64,000 nt of DNA from Gammaproteobacteria bacterium (GTDB lineage Bacteria; Pseudomonadota; Gammaproteobacteria; Ga0077536): NCBI GenBank assembly GCA_016874535.1, contig VGUA01000002.1, positions 18,476-82,475 on the forward strand, given 5' to 3'. The position numbers and the translations under genes are program-made. The stretch's first letter is position 1; each line of letters starts with the position of its first letter. This document shows positions 50,002 to 59,859 of the stretch, in pieces. A model generated the notes under the pieces. That model saw only the letters and a program-made list of their open reading frames with translations, did not search any database and was not told the origin of the DNA.

Positions 50002-50961
50002 ATGGACTTGCCTGCGATCGCACCAAATAATGCCGCCATGTCCCAGCCTCCCCTGCTCAGGGCCGAGCGTCTGAGCCGCCGTTTCGGTGCGCGCCTCGCG
50101 GTCTCGCAACTCGACCTCACGCTCGCCCGGGGCGAGGTGCTCGGTCTGCTCGGCCTGAACGGGGCCGGCAAGTCCACCGCCTTGCAGATGCTCGCCGGTG
50201 TGCTCGCGCCGCATGAGGGCCGCATCGAGATCAACGGGGAAGATCTGGCCCGCGCACCGCGGGCGGCGAAACGTCATCTCGGCTATCTGCCGCAGACTCC
50301 GCCGTTGTTCGAGGATGCAAGCGTGGAAGAGTTCCTCGGCTTCTGCGCGGAACTGCATGAGGTGCCGGCGGCGAGCCGTGCCAGTTCGGTGACGCGGACA
50401 GTGACACGCTGTGGCCTGCAGGACGTGCGCAAACGCATGTTGCGTGCGCTGTCCGGTGGTTACCGCCAGCGCGTGGGCATTGCCCAGGCCATCGTGCACG
50501 AGCCTGCTGTGGTCATTCTGGATGAACCCACCACCGGCCTCGATCCGGCCCAGCGCATGGAAGTCCGTGCACTGGTGCGGAGCCTGCGGGCAGAGCACGC
50601 CGTCCTCCTCTCCAGCCATCTGCTGGCGGAAGTGGAAACGCTGTGTACCCGCGCGGTCATCCTGCATGGCGGGGGTCTCGTGCATGAAGAAGTGCTGGAA
50701 TCGCAGCAGCCCTGGGTGGAGCTCACCCTGGGAGCCCCGCCAGCCCTCGCCGAGCTCGCGGAAAAGGCGGGCACGAATCAGATTGAGACACTGGCGCCGG
50801 GCCGTTTTGCCTTTCCGCAGCCGGCGGATCTGGCGAGGCTCGGTGATCTGCTCACCCATGCTTCGCGGCACTGGCAGGCACAGGACTTCACACTGCAACG
50901 CTCGCGACTGGAACATGTGTTCACTTCGCTGGTGAGAGACGCGCCCGAGGCGACCGGATGA
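50002..50961 (+). CDS. ABC transporter ATP-binding protein (GldA-like, ABC-2 type)
   Basis: Walker A GLNGAGKST, signature LSGGYRQR and Walker B VVILDEPT. The start is ATG 50002 or ATG 50038. Confidence 0.85.
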   Translation: MDLPAIAPNNAAMSQPPLLRAERLSRRFGARLAVSQLDLTLARGEVLGLLGLNGAGKSTALQMLAGVLAPHEGRIEINGEDLARAPRAAKRHLGYLPQTPPLFEDASVEEFLGFCAELHEVPAASRASSVTRTVTRCGLQDVRKRMLRALSGGYRQRVGIAQAIVHEPAVVILDEPTTGLDPAQRMEVRALVRSLRAEHAVLLSSHLLAEVETLCTRAVILHGGGLVHEEVLESQQPWVELTLGAPPALAELAEKAGTNQIETLAPGRFAFPQPADLARLGDLLTHASRHWQAQDFTLQRSRLEHVFTSLVRDAPEATG

Positions 50962-53006
50962 TCGGGGTCATCGCGAAGCGCGAGATCCGTGGCCTGCTGC
51001 GCGCCCCGCAGACCTGGTGGATGCTGGCGGCCCTGCAGTTTCTGGTGGCCTGGCAATTCCTGGCCCAGCTCGAACTCTTTGCCCAGGTGCTGCCGAAATT
51101 GCGGCAGCTGCCGGAACCTCCTGGCGTGTCCCAGCTGGTGCTGAATCCGACCTGGCAGATCTCCGGCTTCCTCATGCTCTTCCTGGCCCCCGTGCTCACC
51201 ATGCAGACCCTGAGCGGCGAGCGGCGACAGGGTCTCATGACCCTCTGGTACAGCGCGCCGGTTTCACTGCCTGCGCTCGTCCTCGGCAAATATCTCGGCG
51301 TGATGAGTCTGCTTGGCGTGGTGTGGGGACTGCACGCGCTGTTGCCCTTGATTCTGTGCTGGGGCACGGCGGTCGATCTCGGGACCGCCTCCAGCGGCCT
51401 GCTCGCGCTGCTGCTGCTGATGAGTGCGGCAACCGCGCTCGGCTTGTGGTGCTCGGCACTCAGCCAGCAACCCGTGATGCCGGCAGTGGGTGGATTCGCA
51501 TTGCTGCTCGCGCTCTGGCTGGTCGACTGGAATGCCGAGGCTGAAGGTGCGTCGGGCGTGATGTCCGCACTGTCGGCGCTCGCCCATTTTCAGCGCATGG
51601 CGCGCGGCCAGATACATGCTTTCGATGTGACCTATTTCGTCCTGCTCACCGTGGCAGGCTTGAGCCTTGCCATGCTGGCACTCGCCGCCGAACGCCACGC
51701 GCACAGGCTGCGTCGGCACTTGCTCTCGCTTTTCCTCCTGGCCGGCTTCATCGCGCTGGGCTCACTCGCGGCACACCTGCGCGCCAGTCTCGATCTCACG
51801 GCCACTGCACGTCACACGCTCGCACCGGCGAGCGTGCAGGCCGTGCAGGCCATAGCAGGCCCACTAAGTGCCACGGTATATCTGCCGAAGGGACACCCCA
51901 CTCTGTCGGCAGTGCGCGATTTGGTCGCGCGTTATCAGCGCCATCGCGCCGACCTCACGCTCACGGTGACAGATCCGGCGAACGTGCCGGATCTCATACG
52001 GGCCGAGCAATTGACGGAGGGCACGCTGGTCTTGCGCGCGGGCGAACGCACGGAGCGCTTCACGCGTTATCACGAGGAGACTTTCACCCAGGCCCTGCTG
52101 AAGCTCACGCGCGCAGAGCCCGAGTGGGTGGCCTTCACCACAGGTCACGGCGAGCGCAGTCCGGAGCGTCTCGCAAATTTCGATCTGGAGGGCTGGGGTC
52201 GGGTGCTGCGTTCGCGCGGCTATCGTGTACAGGAACTCGATCTGTCATCACTGGGCACGGTGCCGGACAATACCGCGCTGCTGGTGATCGCGAGCCCCTT
52301 GCTGGATTTTGCGCCGGCAGAGGTGGAAGCGGTGCAAGCACATCTGGCGCGTGGCGGGGCACTGTTGTGGTTGGGTGAGCCCGAGTCTCCAGCGAGTCTC
52401 GCGCCGCTGGCAGAGACCCTGGGTGTGAGCTGGCACACGGGCACGGTATTCGAGCCGGCCGGGGCTTCCCTCGGCGTGAAAGATCCTTCATTGGTGGTCC
52501 TGCCCCGCCATCCGCCGCACGCGCTCACTCAAGGGCTGCGCGGGCCGGTGATTCTGCCGGTCGCCGCGGCGCTGGCAAGCAGGAGCGGGCGTGACTGGCA
52601 GGGGGAGCCGCTGCTCCGGAGCAGTGCCGAATCCTGGCGCGAATCGACGCCGTCCGCGCCTGGCTTTGATGCAGGCACCGAAACGCGTGCGGCGCATACC
52701 CTTGCACTCGCACTGACCCGCGAGCAGAGCGGCCGACGCCAGCGGATCATCGTGGTGGGCGATGGGGATTTTGTCTCCAATACCTATCTCGGCAACGGCG
52801 CGAATCAGGAGCTCGGTACGCACATGGTGGATTGGCTGGTTGCGAACGAAGCGCTGGTCGGCGTGGAAACCCGGCCGGCGCCCGATGTGAATCTGGAGCT
52901 GTCGCGGATGGCGAAAGGCCTGATGGGGCTAGGCCTCTTGATCATGCTGCCCGCCGTCTTTGTCGCTGCGGGCCTGTGGCTCGCATGGAGAAGAAAACGT
53001 GCCTGA
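50958..53006 (+). CDS. Fusion of ABC-2 permease (GldF-like) and GldG-like auxiliary domain
   Basis: The N-terminal part, about 250 aa, has six hydrophobic helices. It is followed by a soluble region of about 400 aa (VAFTTGHGER, IIVVGDGDFVSN) and a C-terminal TM anchor. The start overlaps the ATPase stop (ATGA). Confidence 0.7.
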   Translation: MIGVIAKREIRGLLRAPQTWWMLAALQFLVAWQFLAQLELFAQVLPKLRQLPEPPGVSQLVLNPTWQISGFLMLFLAPVLTMQTLSGERRQGLMTLWYSAPVSLPALVLGKYLGVMSLLGVVWGLHALLPLILCWGTAVDLGTASSGLLALLLLMSAATALGLWCSALSQQPVMPAVGGFALLLALWLVDWNAEAEGASGVMSALSALAHFQRMARGQIHAFDVTYFVLLTVAGLSLAMLALAAERHAHRLRRHLLSLFLLAGFIALGSLAAHLRASLDLTATARHTLAPASVQAVQAIAGPLSATVYLPKGHPTLSAVRDLVARYQRHRADLTLTVTDPANVPDLIRAEQLTEGTLVLRAGERTERFTRYHEETFTQALLKLTRAEPEWVAFTTGHGERSPERLANFDLEGWGRVLRSRGYRVQELDLSSLGTVPDNTALLVIASPLLDFAPAEVEAVQAHLARGGALLWLGEPESPASLAPLAETLGVSWHTGTVFEPAGASLGVKDPSLVVLPRHPPHALTQGLRGPVILPVAAALASRSGRDWQGEPLLRSSAESWRESTPSAPGFDAGTETRAAHTLALALTREQSGRRQRIIVVGDGDFVSNTYLGNGANQELGTHMVDWLVANEALVGVETRPAPDVNLELSRMAKGLMGLGLLIMLPAVFVAAGLWLAWRRKRA

Positions 53007-53817
53007 ATTGCCGGAAGTGGAAACCACGCGCCGCGGCGTGGCACCCCATCTGGAAGGACGCCGGGTGAGTGCCGTGCACGTGCGCGAGACACGCCTGCGT
53101 CAACCCGTGGATCCCGCCCTCGCCCGTCTGCTGGAGGGTGTGACCCTGCAGCGCGTGCAGCGGCGAGCCAAATATCTGCTGCTCGATTTTGGTCACGGCA
53201 CGCTCATCGTGCATCTGGGGATGTCCGGCAGCTTGCGTGTGCTCGAACCGGGCACACCGGTGCAGAAACATGATCACGTGGATCTCGTGTTCGAGGAACG
53301 CACGGTGCTCAGGCTGCGTGATCCGCGTCGCTTCGGCTTGATGGTCTGGACACCGGACGATCCGGCCCAACATCCCCTGCTCACGGAGCTGGGTCCGGAA
53401 CCTTGGGATCCCGCCTTCTCGGCCGACTATCTGGCAGAACTCGCCCGCTCACGCAGTGGGGCGGTGAAGAGCTTCCTGATGGATGGCAAGGTGGTGGTGG
53501 GCGTTGGCAACATCTACGCCAGTGAATCCCTGCATCGCGCGGGCATCCATCCCGCACGACCGGCACGCCGGGTGGCGAAGGCCCGCTATGCCGCGCTGGT
53601 GGATGCGGTGCGCGAAGTGCTCGATCAGGCGATCTCCTTCGGCGGCACCACCTTACGCGATTTCACACGCGACGATGGCAAGCCCGGATACTTCCGCAAC
53701 GAGCTGCGCGTCTATGACCGCGCGGGTGCCCAATGCCTGCGTTGCGGCACGGGCGCCATCCGCCAGCGGGTCATCGGCCAGCGCATGAGTTACTTCTGCC
53801 CGCAGTGCCAGCGCTGA
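52999..53817 (+). CDS. mutM: Formamidopyrimidine-DNA glycosylase
   Basis: The GTG start gives (M)PELPEVETTRRG. The C-terminal zinc finger is CLRCG...CPQCQ. It overlaps the permease stop by 8 nt (GTGCCTGA). Confidence 0.9.
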   Translation: MPELPEVETTRRGVAPHLEGRRVSAVHVRETRLRQPVDPALARLLEGVTLQRVQRRAKYLLLDFGHGTLIVHLGMSGSLRVLEPGTPVQKHDHVDLVFEERTVLRLRDPRRFGLMVWTPDDPAQHPLLTELGPEPWDPAFSADYLAELARSRSGAVKSFLMDGKVVVGVGNIYASESLHRAGIHPARPARRVAKARYAALVDAVREVLDQAISFGGTTLRDFTRDDGKPGYFRNELRVYDRAGAQCLRCGTGAIRQRVIGQRMSYFCPQCQR

Positions 53818-53850
53818 GGGGCCGCGCGTCGGCGCGAGTGTTCTGCGCGA

Positions 53851-54273
53851 TCAATGCCGGTGCCAGCCGTAACCGGAACGTGCCTGATAACCGTCGCGCG
53901 CGCGACTGCCGGAGTTCCAGCCATAGGCATTCCCGCGCGTGAAGCCGCCAAGACCGTAAGTATTACCGCGATAACCATGACCCTGCGCCCAGGAGTGCCG
54001 TCGCTGGATGTCGCGATCGCGGTAACCTTCGCCATAGCCATGGCCATACCCGCGGCCATACCCGTCCCGATAGCCCTCGCGGTAAGCCTGGCCACGTTCG
54101 CTGCGATGCCCGGGCTCCGCAAAGAAAGGCCGCGTCGGGAACACCGGGCGATAGCTGCTGCCATGACCACCTGAATAGCCCTGACCGTAGGTATCCCAAG
54201 CTTGGGCCGCGCCGGGGAGAACGCTGCAAAAGCCCAGCACGAACAGGATTCGGACGAAATTTCCGGACATCAC
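53851..54273 (-). CDS. Small secreted Gly/Tyr/Arg-rich low-complexity protein
   Basis: Signal peptide MMSGNFVRILFVLGFCSVLPGAAQA. In the mature part of about 115 aa I count about 27 Gly, 14 Tyr and 17 Arg, with reiterated GY dipeptides (GYRDGYGRGYGHGYGEGY). I recognised no family. Confidence 0.6.
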   Translation of the reverse strand: MMSGNFVRILFVLGFCSVLPGAAQAWDTYGQGYSGGHGSSYRPVFPTRPFFAEPGHRSERGQAYREGYRDGYGRGYGHGYGEGYRDRDIQRRHSWAQGHGYRGNTYGLGGFTRGNAYGWNSGSRARDGYQARSGYGWHRH

Positions 54274-54398
54274 ACACCTCGCACTTTCCGCCTGCTGGCA
54301 AAGATCACTCGAATGCGTACGATGCCTACCCTGTGGTGCACGGCTTGAACCCGGCCTGAACCAGCCCGCCTTTTTTCTTTGCGAGATTCCTGCCCCTC

Positions 54399-55628
54399 AT
54401 GTCAGACGCCGAACAGCCCCCTGTCACCGACGAGCCTCAACTTGCCACGCCCCCGTTTCGTGAAATCCGGGTTGGCGAGACTTCGATCTGCCTGCTCGGG
54501 ACTGCGCATGTCTCGCGCGCGAGTCGCGATGCCGTCGCCCACGAAGTTGCCCGCGGCAACTACGACTGCATCGCTGTCGAGTTGTGCAGCAACCGGGCCC
54601 GCGCACTCACGGATCCGGATGCGGTGGCCCGCATGGACTTGGTGCAGGTGATCCGCGAGGGCAAGGCATCGCTGATTGCCGCCACGCTCGCGCTGGGTGC
54701 ATTCCAGCAGCGTCTGGCGTCCCAGTTCGGCATCGAGCCTGGTGCCGAGATGCGGGCAGCCATCGACGGTGCGCGCAAACGTACCCTGCCGCTCATGACC
54801 ATCGATCGCGATATCGGCATCACGATGCGTCGCATCTACCGCAGGGTTCCGTGGTGGCGGCGCACGTACCTCTTCAGCGGACTGCTGGCCAGCGCGCTCG
54901 CCACGGAGAACATCGCCGAAGAGGACATCGAACGCCTGAAGGATCGCGATTTGCTGGAGGCGACGTTCGCCGAATTCGCGCAACAGGCCGACGAGATCTA
55001 CGGCCCCCTCATCCGCGAGCGGGATGAATTCATGGCCGCGCGCCTGTTGCAGCTCGCGGAAGCCGGTTACACGCGCATCCTCGCCGTGATCGGCGCGGGC
55101 CATCTTGAAGGTCTCGGCAATGCCCTGGCGGAGCCGATGGCGGATCCTCAACGTGCAATCACGCATCTGGAGGAACTGCCGCCACCTTCCGCCGTATGGC
55201 GTGCACTGCCGTGGATTCTGGCCATCTTCATCGTGGGTGGAATCGGCATCGGTTTTGCCCGCAACCCGGAGATCGGCTGGCAGATGGTCAGCGAATGGAT
55301 CTTGCTCACGGGAGGACTGTCGGCCTGTGGCGCCCTGCTCGCCGGCGCGCACCCGCTCACCCTCGTCACCGCCTTCGTGGGCGCACCATTCACAACATTG
55401 CATCCCGCCATCGGCATCGGCATGTTCACGGCGTTGAGCGAGGCCTTCATCCGCCGCCCGACGGTGGGCGATTTCAGTCGACTCCGGCTCGAGACCGCCA
55501 ACTGGCGTGGCTGGTGGAAGAATCGCGTCGCGCGCACCTTGCTGGTGTTCGTGCTGAGCGGACTCGGCGCGTCGATCGGCACCTATGTGGGTGGCTTCCG
55601 CATCGGGAGCCAGCTGCTCGGCGGCTGA
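54399..55628 (+). CDS. TraB/GumN-family protein with C-terminal membrane domain
   Basis: The N-terminal ICLLGTAHVSRASRDAV and the later GAGHLEGL motifs are typical of the TraB family. The C-terminal third has about four hydrophobic helices. Confidence 0.75.
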   Translation: MSDAEQPPVTDEPQLATPPFREIRVGETSICLLGTAHVSRASRDAVAHEVARGNYDCIAVELCSNRARALTDPDAVARMDLVQVIREGKASLIAATLALGAFQQRLASQFGIEPGAEMRAAIDGARKRTLPLMTIDRDIGITMRRIYRRVPWWRRTYLFSGLLASALATENIAEEDIERLKDRDLLEATFAEFAQQADEIYGPLIRERDEFMAARLLQLAEAGYTRILAVIGAGHLEGLGNALAEPMADPQRAITHLEELPPPSAVWRALPWILAIFIVGGIGIGFARNPEIGWQMVSEWILLTGGLSACGALLAGAHPLTLVTAFVGAPFTTLHPAIGIGMFTALSEAFIRRPTVGDFSRLRLETANWRGWWKNRVARTLLVFVLSGLGASIGTYVGGFRIGSQLLGG

Positions 55629-55651
55629 GGCGCCGCGAGCGAGCGCGCAGG

Positions 55652-56413
55652 ATGATCCGCAAGCTGCGGCGCACGCCCACCGAAGAACGTCGCATCGGCC
55701 TGGCCCGCGCGCTGTCAAAACGCGGAGTGTGCTCGCGCTCGGCGGCCACCGCGCTCATCCTGGCGGGGCGTGTGCGCCTGAACGGGCAGATCGTGCGTGA
55801 TCCCGAAGCACCCACACGCAGTGACAGCTCCATCACGATAGATGGCGAGGCAATCGCGCAGTCGGCCCCGCTCTATGTGATGCTCAACAAGCCGAGCGGG
55901 ATCGTCACCTCGGCCCAGGACGAACGGGGTCGGGACACGGTCTACGAATGCTTTCGTGACAGCAAGCTGCCGTGGCTCGGGCCTGTGGGTCGTCTCGATC
56001 AGGCCAGCGAAGGATTGCTGCTCTTCACCAACGATACGGCTTGGGCCGCAGCCCTCATGGATCCATCGAGCCACGTGCCGCGCGTGTATCACGTGCAGGT
56101 GGAAGGCATTCCTGACGAATCAAGCCTGCAGCGCCTGCGCGACGGAATCATCAGTGACGGTGAAGTGCTTCGTGCCCGCGCGGTCTCGCTGCTGCGGGCC
56201 GGGGAGCGCAATGCCTGGCTGGCCTTTGAACTGGAGGAAGGCCGCAACCGCCAGCTGCGTCGCATGTGCGCGGCCTGCGGGCATCCGGTACTGCGACTGA
56301 TTCGAGTCGCCATCGGATCGCTCACGCTGGGGACCCTCGCCAAGGGCACCTGGCGCATACTGTCAGCCGAAGAGGTGGCGAGTCTCGCGCCGCCCGGGAA
56401 ACCGGGGCTGTAG
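55652..56413 (+). CDS. RsuA/RluB/RluF-family pseudouridine synthase
   Basis: S4 domain (LSKRGVCSRSAATALILAGRVRLNG) and catalytic motif GRLDQASEGLLLFTND. The ATG at 55652 is in the frame of the 55196-56413 ORF. Confidence 0.85.
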   Translation: MIRKLRRTPTEERRIGLARALSKRGVCSRSAATALILAGRVRLNGQIVRDPEAPTRSDSSITIDGEAIAQSAPLYVMLNKPSGIVTSAQDERGRDTVYECFRDSKLPWLGPVGRLDQASEGLLLFTNDTAWAAALMDPSSHVPRVYHVQVEGIPDESSLQRLRDGIISDGEVLRARAVSLLRAGERNAWLAFELEEGRNRQLRRMCAACGHPVLRLIRVAIGSLTLGTLAKGTWRILSAEEVASLAPPGKPGL

Positions 56414-56456
56414 AAGCGACCGCCACGGGCACCCGGCCCGCGACGGTCACGGCGGG

Positions 56457-57482
56457 TCAGGCGGCGAGTTCCGCCTCGACAGCAGCGCTGTACTGACCCA
56501 TGGCGGCGAGGCCATTGCAACGTTCGCGATGGAGCAGGACTTTCTGCGCCTTCGCCACATTTTCCGGCTTGCCGCCCCAGGCCTTCAGTGCATCGGCCTG
56601 CAGCGCGCGGCCGTAGGAGAAGGACAAAGGCCAGGGCAGATCGTAGGCCGCGTTCATGGCGTTGAGATTGCGCGTGGCATCCAGGCCGCTCTGGCCACCG
56701 GAGAGAAACACGATTCCCGGAATGGCGGCCGGCACGGCGCGGCGCAGGCAGCTCACGGTCTTGGCGGCGATTTCGTCCATGCCGGCTTGCACCGGGCAGA
56801 GCTTGCCGCTGACCACCATGTTGGTCTTGAGGATGGTGTGCTCGAGCGTAACACGCTGGCGCACCAGTTCGTTGAACACCGTACGCAGCGTGTATTCGGT
56901 GACCTCGTAGCAGCGGTCGATGGTGTTGTCCGCATCCATCAGGACCTCCGGCTCCACCATGGGCACGATGCCGGCTTCCTGACAGAGACCCGCGTAACGT
57001 GCCAGCGCATGCGCATTGGCTTCGATGCAGCCGGTGCTCGGAATACCGGGCCCGATGGTGATCACCGCGCGCCATTTGGCAAAGCGCACGCCGAGTTCGC
57101 GGTACTTGGCAAGGCGCTCCCGCAAGCCGTCCAGGCCTTCAGTGACCTGCTCGCCAGGGTGGCCGGCGAGATCCTTGGCGCCGGCATCCACCTTGATGCC
57201 GGGCATCACGCCCTTGCTGATGAGAACCTTGGCGAACGCCTCGCCCTTGGCAGTGGATTGGCGAATCGTCTCGTCGAACAGAATCATGCCGCTGACGTAT
57301 TTTTCGTCACCGGGATTGGCGATCAGGAGCTCACGGTAGGCCCGACGGTTTTCTTCCGTGTTCTCGATGCCTATCGTGTCGAAGCGCTTCTTGATGGTGC
57401 CCAGGCTCTCGTCGATGGCGAGCACGCCTCTGCCTTTGGCGACCATGGCTGCAGCGGTGGCGGCAAGTTCTTGTGCTGACAT
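56457..57482 (-). CDS. fba: Class I fructose-bisphosphate aldolase
   Basis: GVLAIDES, the GIKVD motif, and the Schiff-base Lys region ILKTNMV. 341 aa from ATG 57482. Confidence 0.9.
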   Translation of the reverse strand: MSAQELAATAAAMVAKGRGVLAIDESLGTIKKRFDTIGIENTEENRRAYRELLIANPGDEKYVSGMILFDETIRQSTAKGEAFAKVLISKGVMPGIKVDAGAKDLAGHPGEQVTEGLDGLRERLAKYRELGVRFAKWRAVITIGPGIPSTGCIEANAHALARYAGLCQEAGIVPMVEPEVLMDADNTIDRCYEVTEYTLRTVFNELVRQRVTLEHTILKTNMVVSGKLCPVQAGMDEIAAKTVSCLRRAVPAAIPGIVFLSGGQSGLDATRNLNAMNAAYDLPWPLSFSYGRALQADALKAWGGKPENVAKAQKVLLHRERCNGLAAMGQYSAAVEAELAA

Positions 57483-57586
57483 GGGGGTGTCCTTTTCTGG
57501 ATGACCTTGGGGTAGGAACTTGATGTGTTGGCTTGAAACGTTGGCTTGATCTATCGGTCGGGCGCCCGGTTTCTTCAGCGCGGCGC

Positions 57587-58756
57587 TCAGCCTGCGCGCT
57601 CCTCGAGCACGGCGACAGCGGGTAGGGTCTTGCCTTCCAGATATTCCAGGAAAGCGCCGCCCGCCGTTGAGATATAGGAGACGCGCGTGCTGATGCCGTA
57701 CTTCGCAATCGCGGCCAGGGTACCGCCGCCACCGGCGATGGAAAATGCAGGGGAATCCGCGATGGCGGTGGCGAGCGTCTGCGTCCCGTGGCCGAACTGG
57801 TCGAACTCGAACACACCGAGCGGACCGTTCCACACGACAGTGCCGGCCGACTTCAGCAGGCTGGCGAAACGCGCGGCAGTCTCCGGGCCGACGTCCATGA
57901 TGAGGTCGTCCTCGGCCACGCTGCTGGCGGCCTTCACGGTCGCGACAGCCGCCTCGTTGAATTCCTTGCCGCAGACCACATCGCTCGGAATCGGCACCTC
58001 GGCACCACGCGCCTTGGCGAGATCAATGATGCGGCGCGCGGTCTCGACCATGTCGTCCTCGCATAGCGACTTGCCTATCGGCAGGCCCACCGCCTTCATG
58101 AAGGTGCTGGCGATGCCGCCACCCACGATGAGCTGATCGACCTTGCCGAGCAGGGATTCCAGCACCTCGAGTTTGGTGGAAACCTTGGAGCCGCCCACCA
58201 CCGCGACCAGCGGTCGCGCCGGCGCATGCAAGGCCTGCTTGAGTGCGTCGATCTCCGCCTTCATCAGCGGTCCGGCACAGGCCACGGGGGCAAAGCGCGC
58301 CACGCCGTGCGTGGAAGCCTGTGCGCGATGGGCGGTGGCGAACGCATCGTTCACATAGATGTCGCACAGGGCGGCCATCCTGCGCGCAAGTGCCTCGTCG
58401 TCTTTTTCCTCGCCGACGAGAAAGCGCACGTTCTCGAGCAGCACGCACTCGCCTTCGGCGCAAGTCACACCGTCAATCCAGTCGGCGGCGAGCCGCACCG
58501 GCTGACCAAGCATTGCGGACAAGGCTTCGGCCACGGGCGCCAGCGAGGCGGCCGGGTCGAACTGGCCTTCCTTCGGCCGCCCGAGATGCGACATCACCAT
58601 CACGCGGGCGCCCGCCGCGAGTGCCTTCTGCAAGGTGGGCAGGCCAGCCCGGAGACGAGTGTCGTCTGTGATGCGGCCAGCCTTCAGCGGGACGTTGAAG
58701 TCCTCACGAATGAGCACGCGTTTGCCGGCCAGCGCCAGCGCTTCCATGCTCAGCAT
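57587..58756 (-). CDS. pgk: Phosphoglycerate kinase
   Basis: [17 protein letters not shown] and the C-terminal STAGGAFLE motifs. Confidence 0.95.
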   Translation of the reverse strand: MLSMEALALAGKRVLIREDFNVPLKAGRITDDTRLRAGLPTLQKALAAGARVMVMSHLGRPKEGQFDPAASLAPVAEALSAMLGQPVRLAADWIDGVTCAEGECVLLENVRFLVGEEKDDEALARRMAALCDIYVNDAFATAHRAQASTHGVARFAPVACAGPLMKAEIDALKQALHAPARPLVAVVGGSKVSTKLEVLESLLGKVDQLIVGGGIASTFMKAVGLPIGKSLCEDDMVETARRIIDLAKARGAEVPIPSDVVCGKEFNEAAVATVKAASSVAEDDLIMDVGPETAARFASLLKSAGTVVWNGPLGVFEFDQFGHGTQTLATAIADSPAFSIAGGGGTLAAIAKYGISTRVSYISTAGGAFLEYLEGKTLPAVAVLEERAG

Positions 58757-58759
58757 GTG

Positions 58760-59776
58760 TCAGCCGTTGGCGTTCATGAGGGCACGGGCCGTGTCCAGCA
58801 TGCGACTGGAGAAGCCCCACTCGTTGTCGTACCACGACATCACCTTGACCAACGTGCCGTCGATGACCTTGGTCTCCGAGGCTTCGAAGATCGAGGAATG
58901 CGGGTCGTGGTTGAAGTCGATGGACACCAGCGGCAGTTCGTTCACCGCCAGCACGCCCTTCAGTTCGCCGGCCGCCGCTTCCTTGAGGATGGAGACCACT
59001 TCCTTGACGGTGGTAGCGCGCTTCGCCTTGAAGGTGAGGTCGACCAGCGACACGTTGATGGTGGGCACCCGCACGGCGAGGCCATCGAGCTTGCCGTTCA
59101 GATCGGGCAGTACCAGCCCGACCGCGGCGGCGGCGCCGGTCTTGGTTGGAATCATCGACATGGTGGCCGAGCGCGCGCGGCGCAGATCCTTGTGATAGAC
59201 GTCCGTCAGCACCTGATCATTGGTGTAGGCATGCACCGTGGTCATGAGGCCGGACTCGACACCAATCTTCTCGTGCAGTGGCTTGACCAGCGGGGCCAGG
59301 CAATTGGTGGTGCAGGAAGCGTTGGAAACGATGGTGTCGCTCGCCTTGAGCGACTTGTGGTTCACACCGTAGACGATGGTGGCATCCACCTCATCGCTGG
59401 CGGGCGCCGAGATCAGCACTTTCTTCGCACCTCCCTTGAGGTGCAGGCCGGCCTTCTCGCGCGTGGTGAAGAGGCCCGTGCATTCCATGACGAGGTCGAC
59501 CTTGAGCTCACCCCACGGCAGCTTGGCGGGATCACGTTCGGCGAGCACCTTGATGCGATGACCGTTCACGACCATCGAGTCACCTTCCACCGTGACCGAG
59601 CCGGGGAAACGGCCGTGCGCAGTGTCGTACTGGGTCAGATGCGCATTGGTGGCGGCGTCACCAAGATCATTCAGGGCGACGATCTCGATATCCTGCGTGC
59701 CGGTCTTTTCATAGAGGGCACGCAGGACATTGCGGCCGATGCGGCCATAGCCATTGATGCCAACGCGAATCGTCAT
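58760..59776 (-). CDS. gap: Glyceraldehyde-3-phosphate dehydrogenase
   Basis: INGYGRIGR and the active site SNASCTTN. 338 aa. Confidence 0.95.
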   Translation of the reverse strand: MTIRVGINGYGRIGRNVLRALYEKTGTQDIEIVALNDLGDAATNAHLTQYDTAHGRFPGSVTVEGDSMVVNGHRIKVLAERDPAKLPWGELKVDLVMECTGLFTTREKAGLHLKGGAKKVLISAPASDEVDATIVYGVNHKSLKASDTIVSNASCTTNCLAPLVKPLHEKIGVESGLMTTVHAYTNDQVLTDVYHKDLRRARSATMSMIPTKTGAAAAVGLVLPDLNGKLDGLAVRVPTINVSLVDLTFKAKRATTVKEVVSILKEAAAGELKGVLAVNELPLVSIDFNHDPHSSIFEASETKVIDGTLVKVMSWYDNEWGFSSRMLDTARALMNANG

Positions 59777-59859
59777 GGATGCTGTCTCCTGTTCCTGATG
59801 TGCCTTGCGGCGTTTCTGGGTGCGCTGCGGGGCCCCTTGCCCCGCGCGTCAATCGCGCC

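Noticed and set aside
59827-59845. Hairpin GCGGGGC-ccctt-GCCCCGC between tkt and gap, as an intrinsic terminator.
   Set aside because: There is no U-tract on the coding (minus) strand, and the genes form a conserved operon. It is more likely an mRNA-stabilising or incidental GC hairpin.
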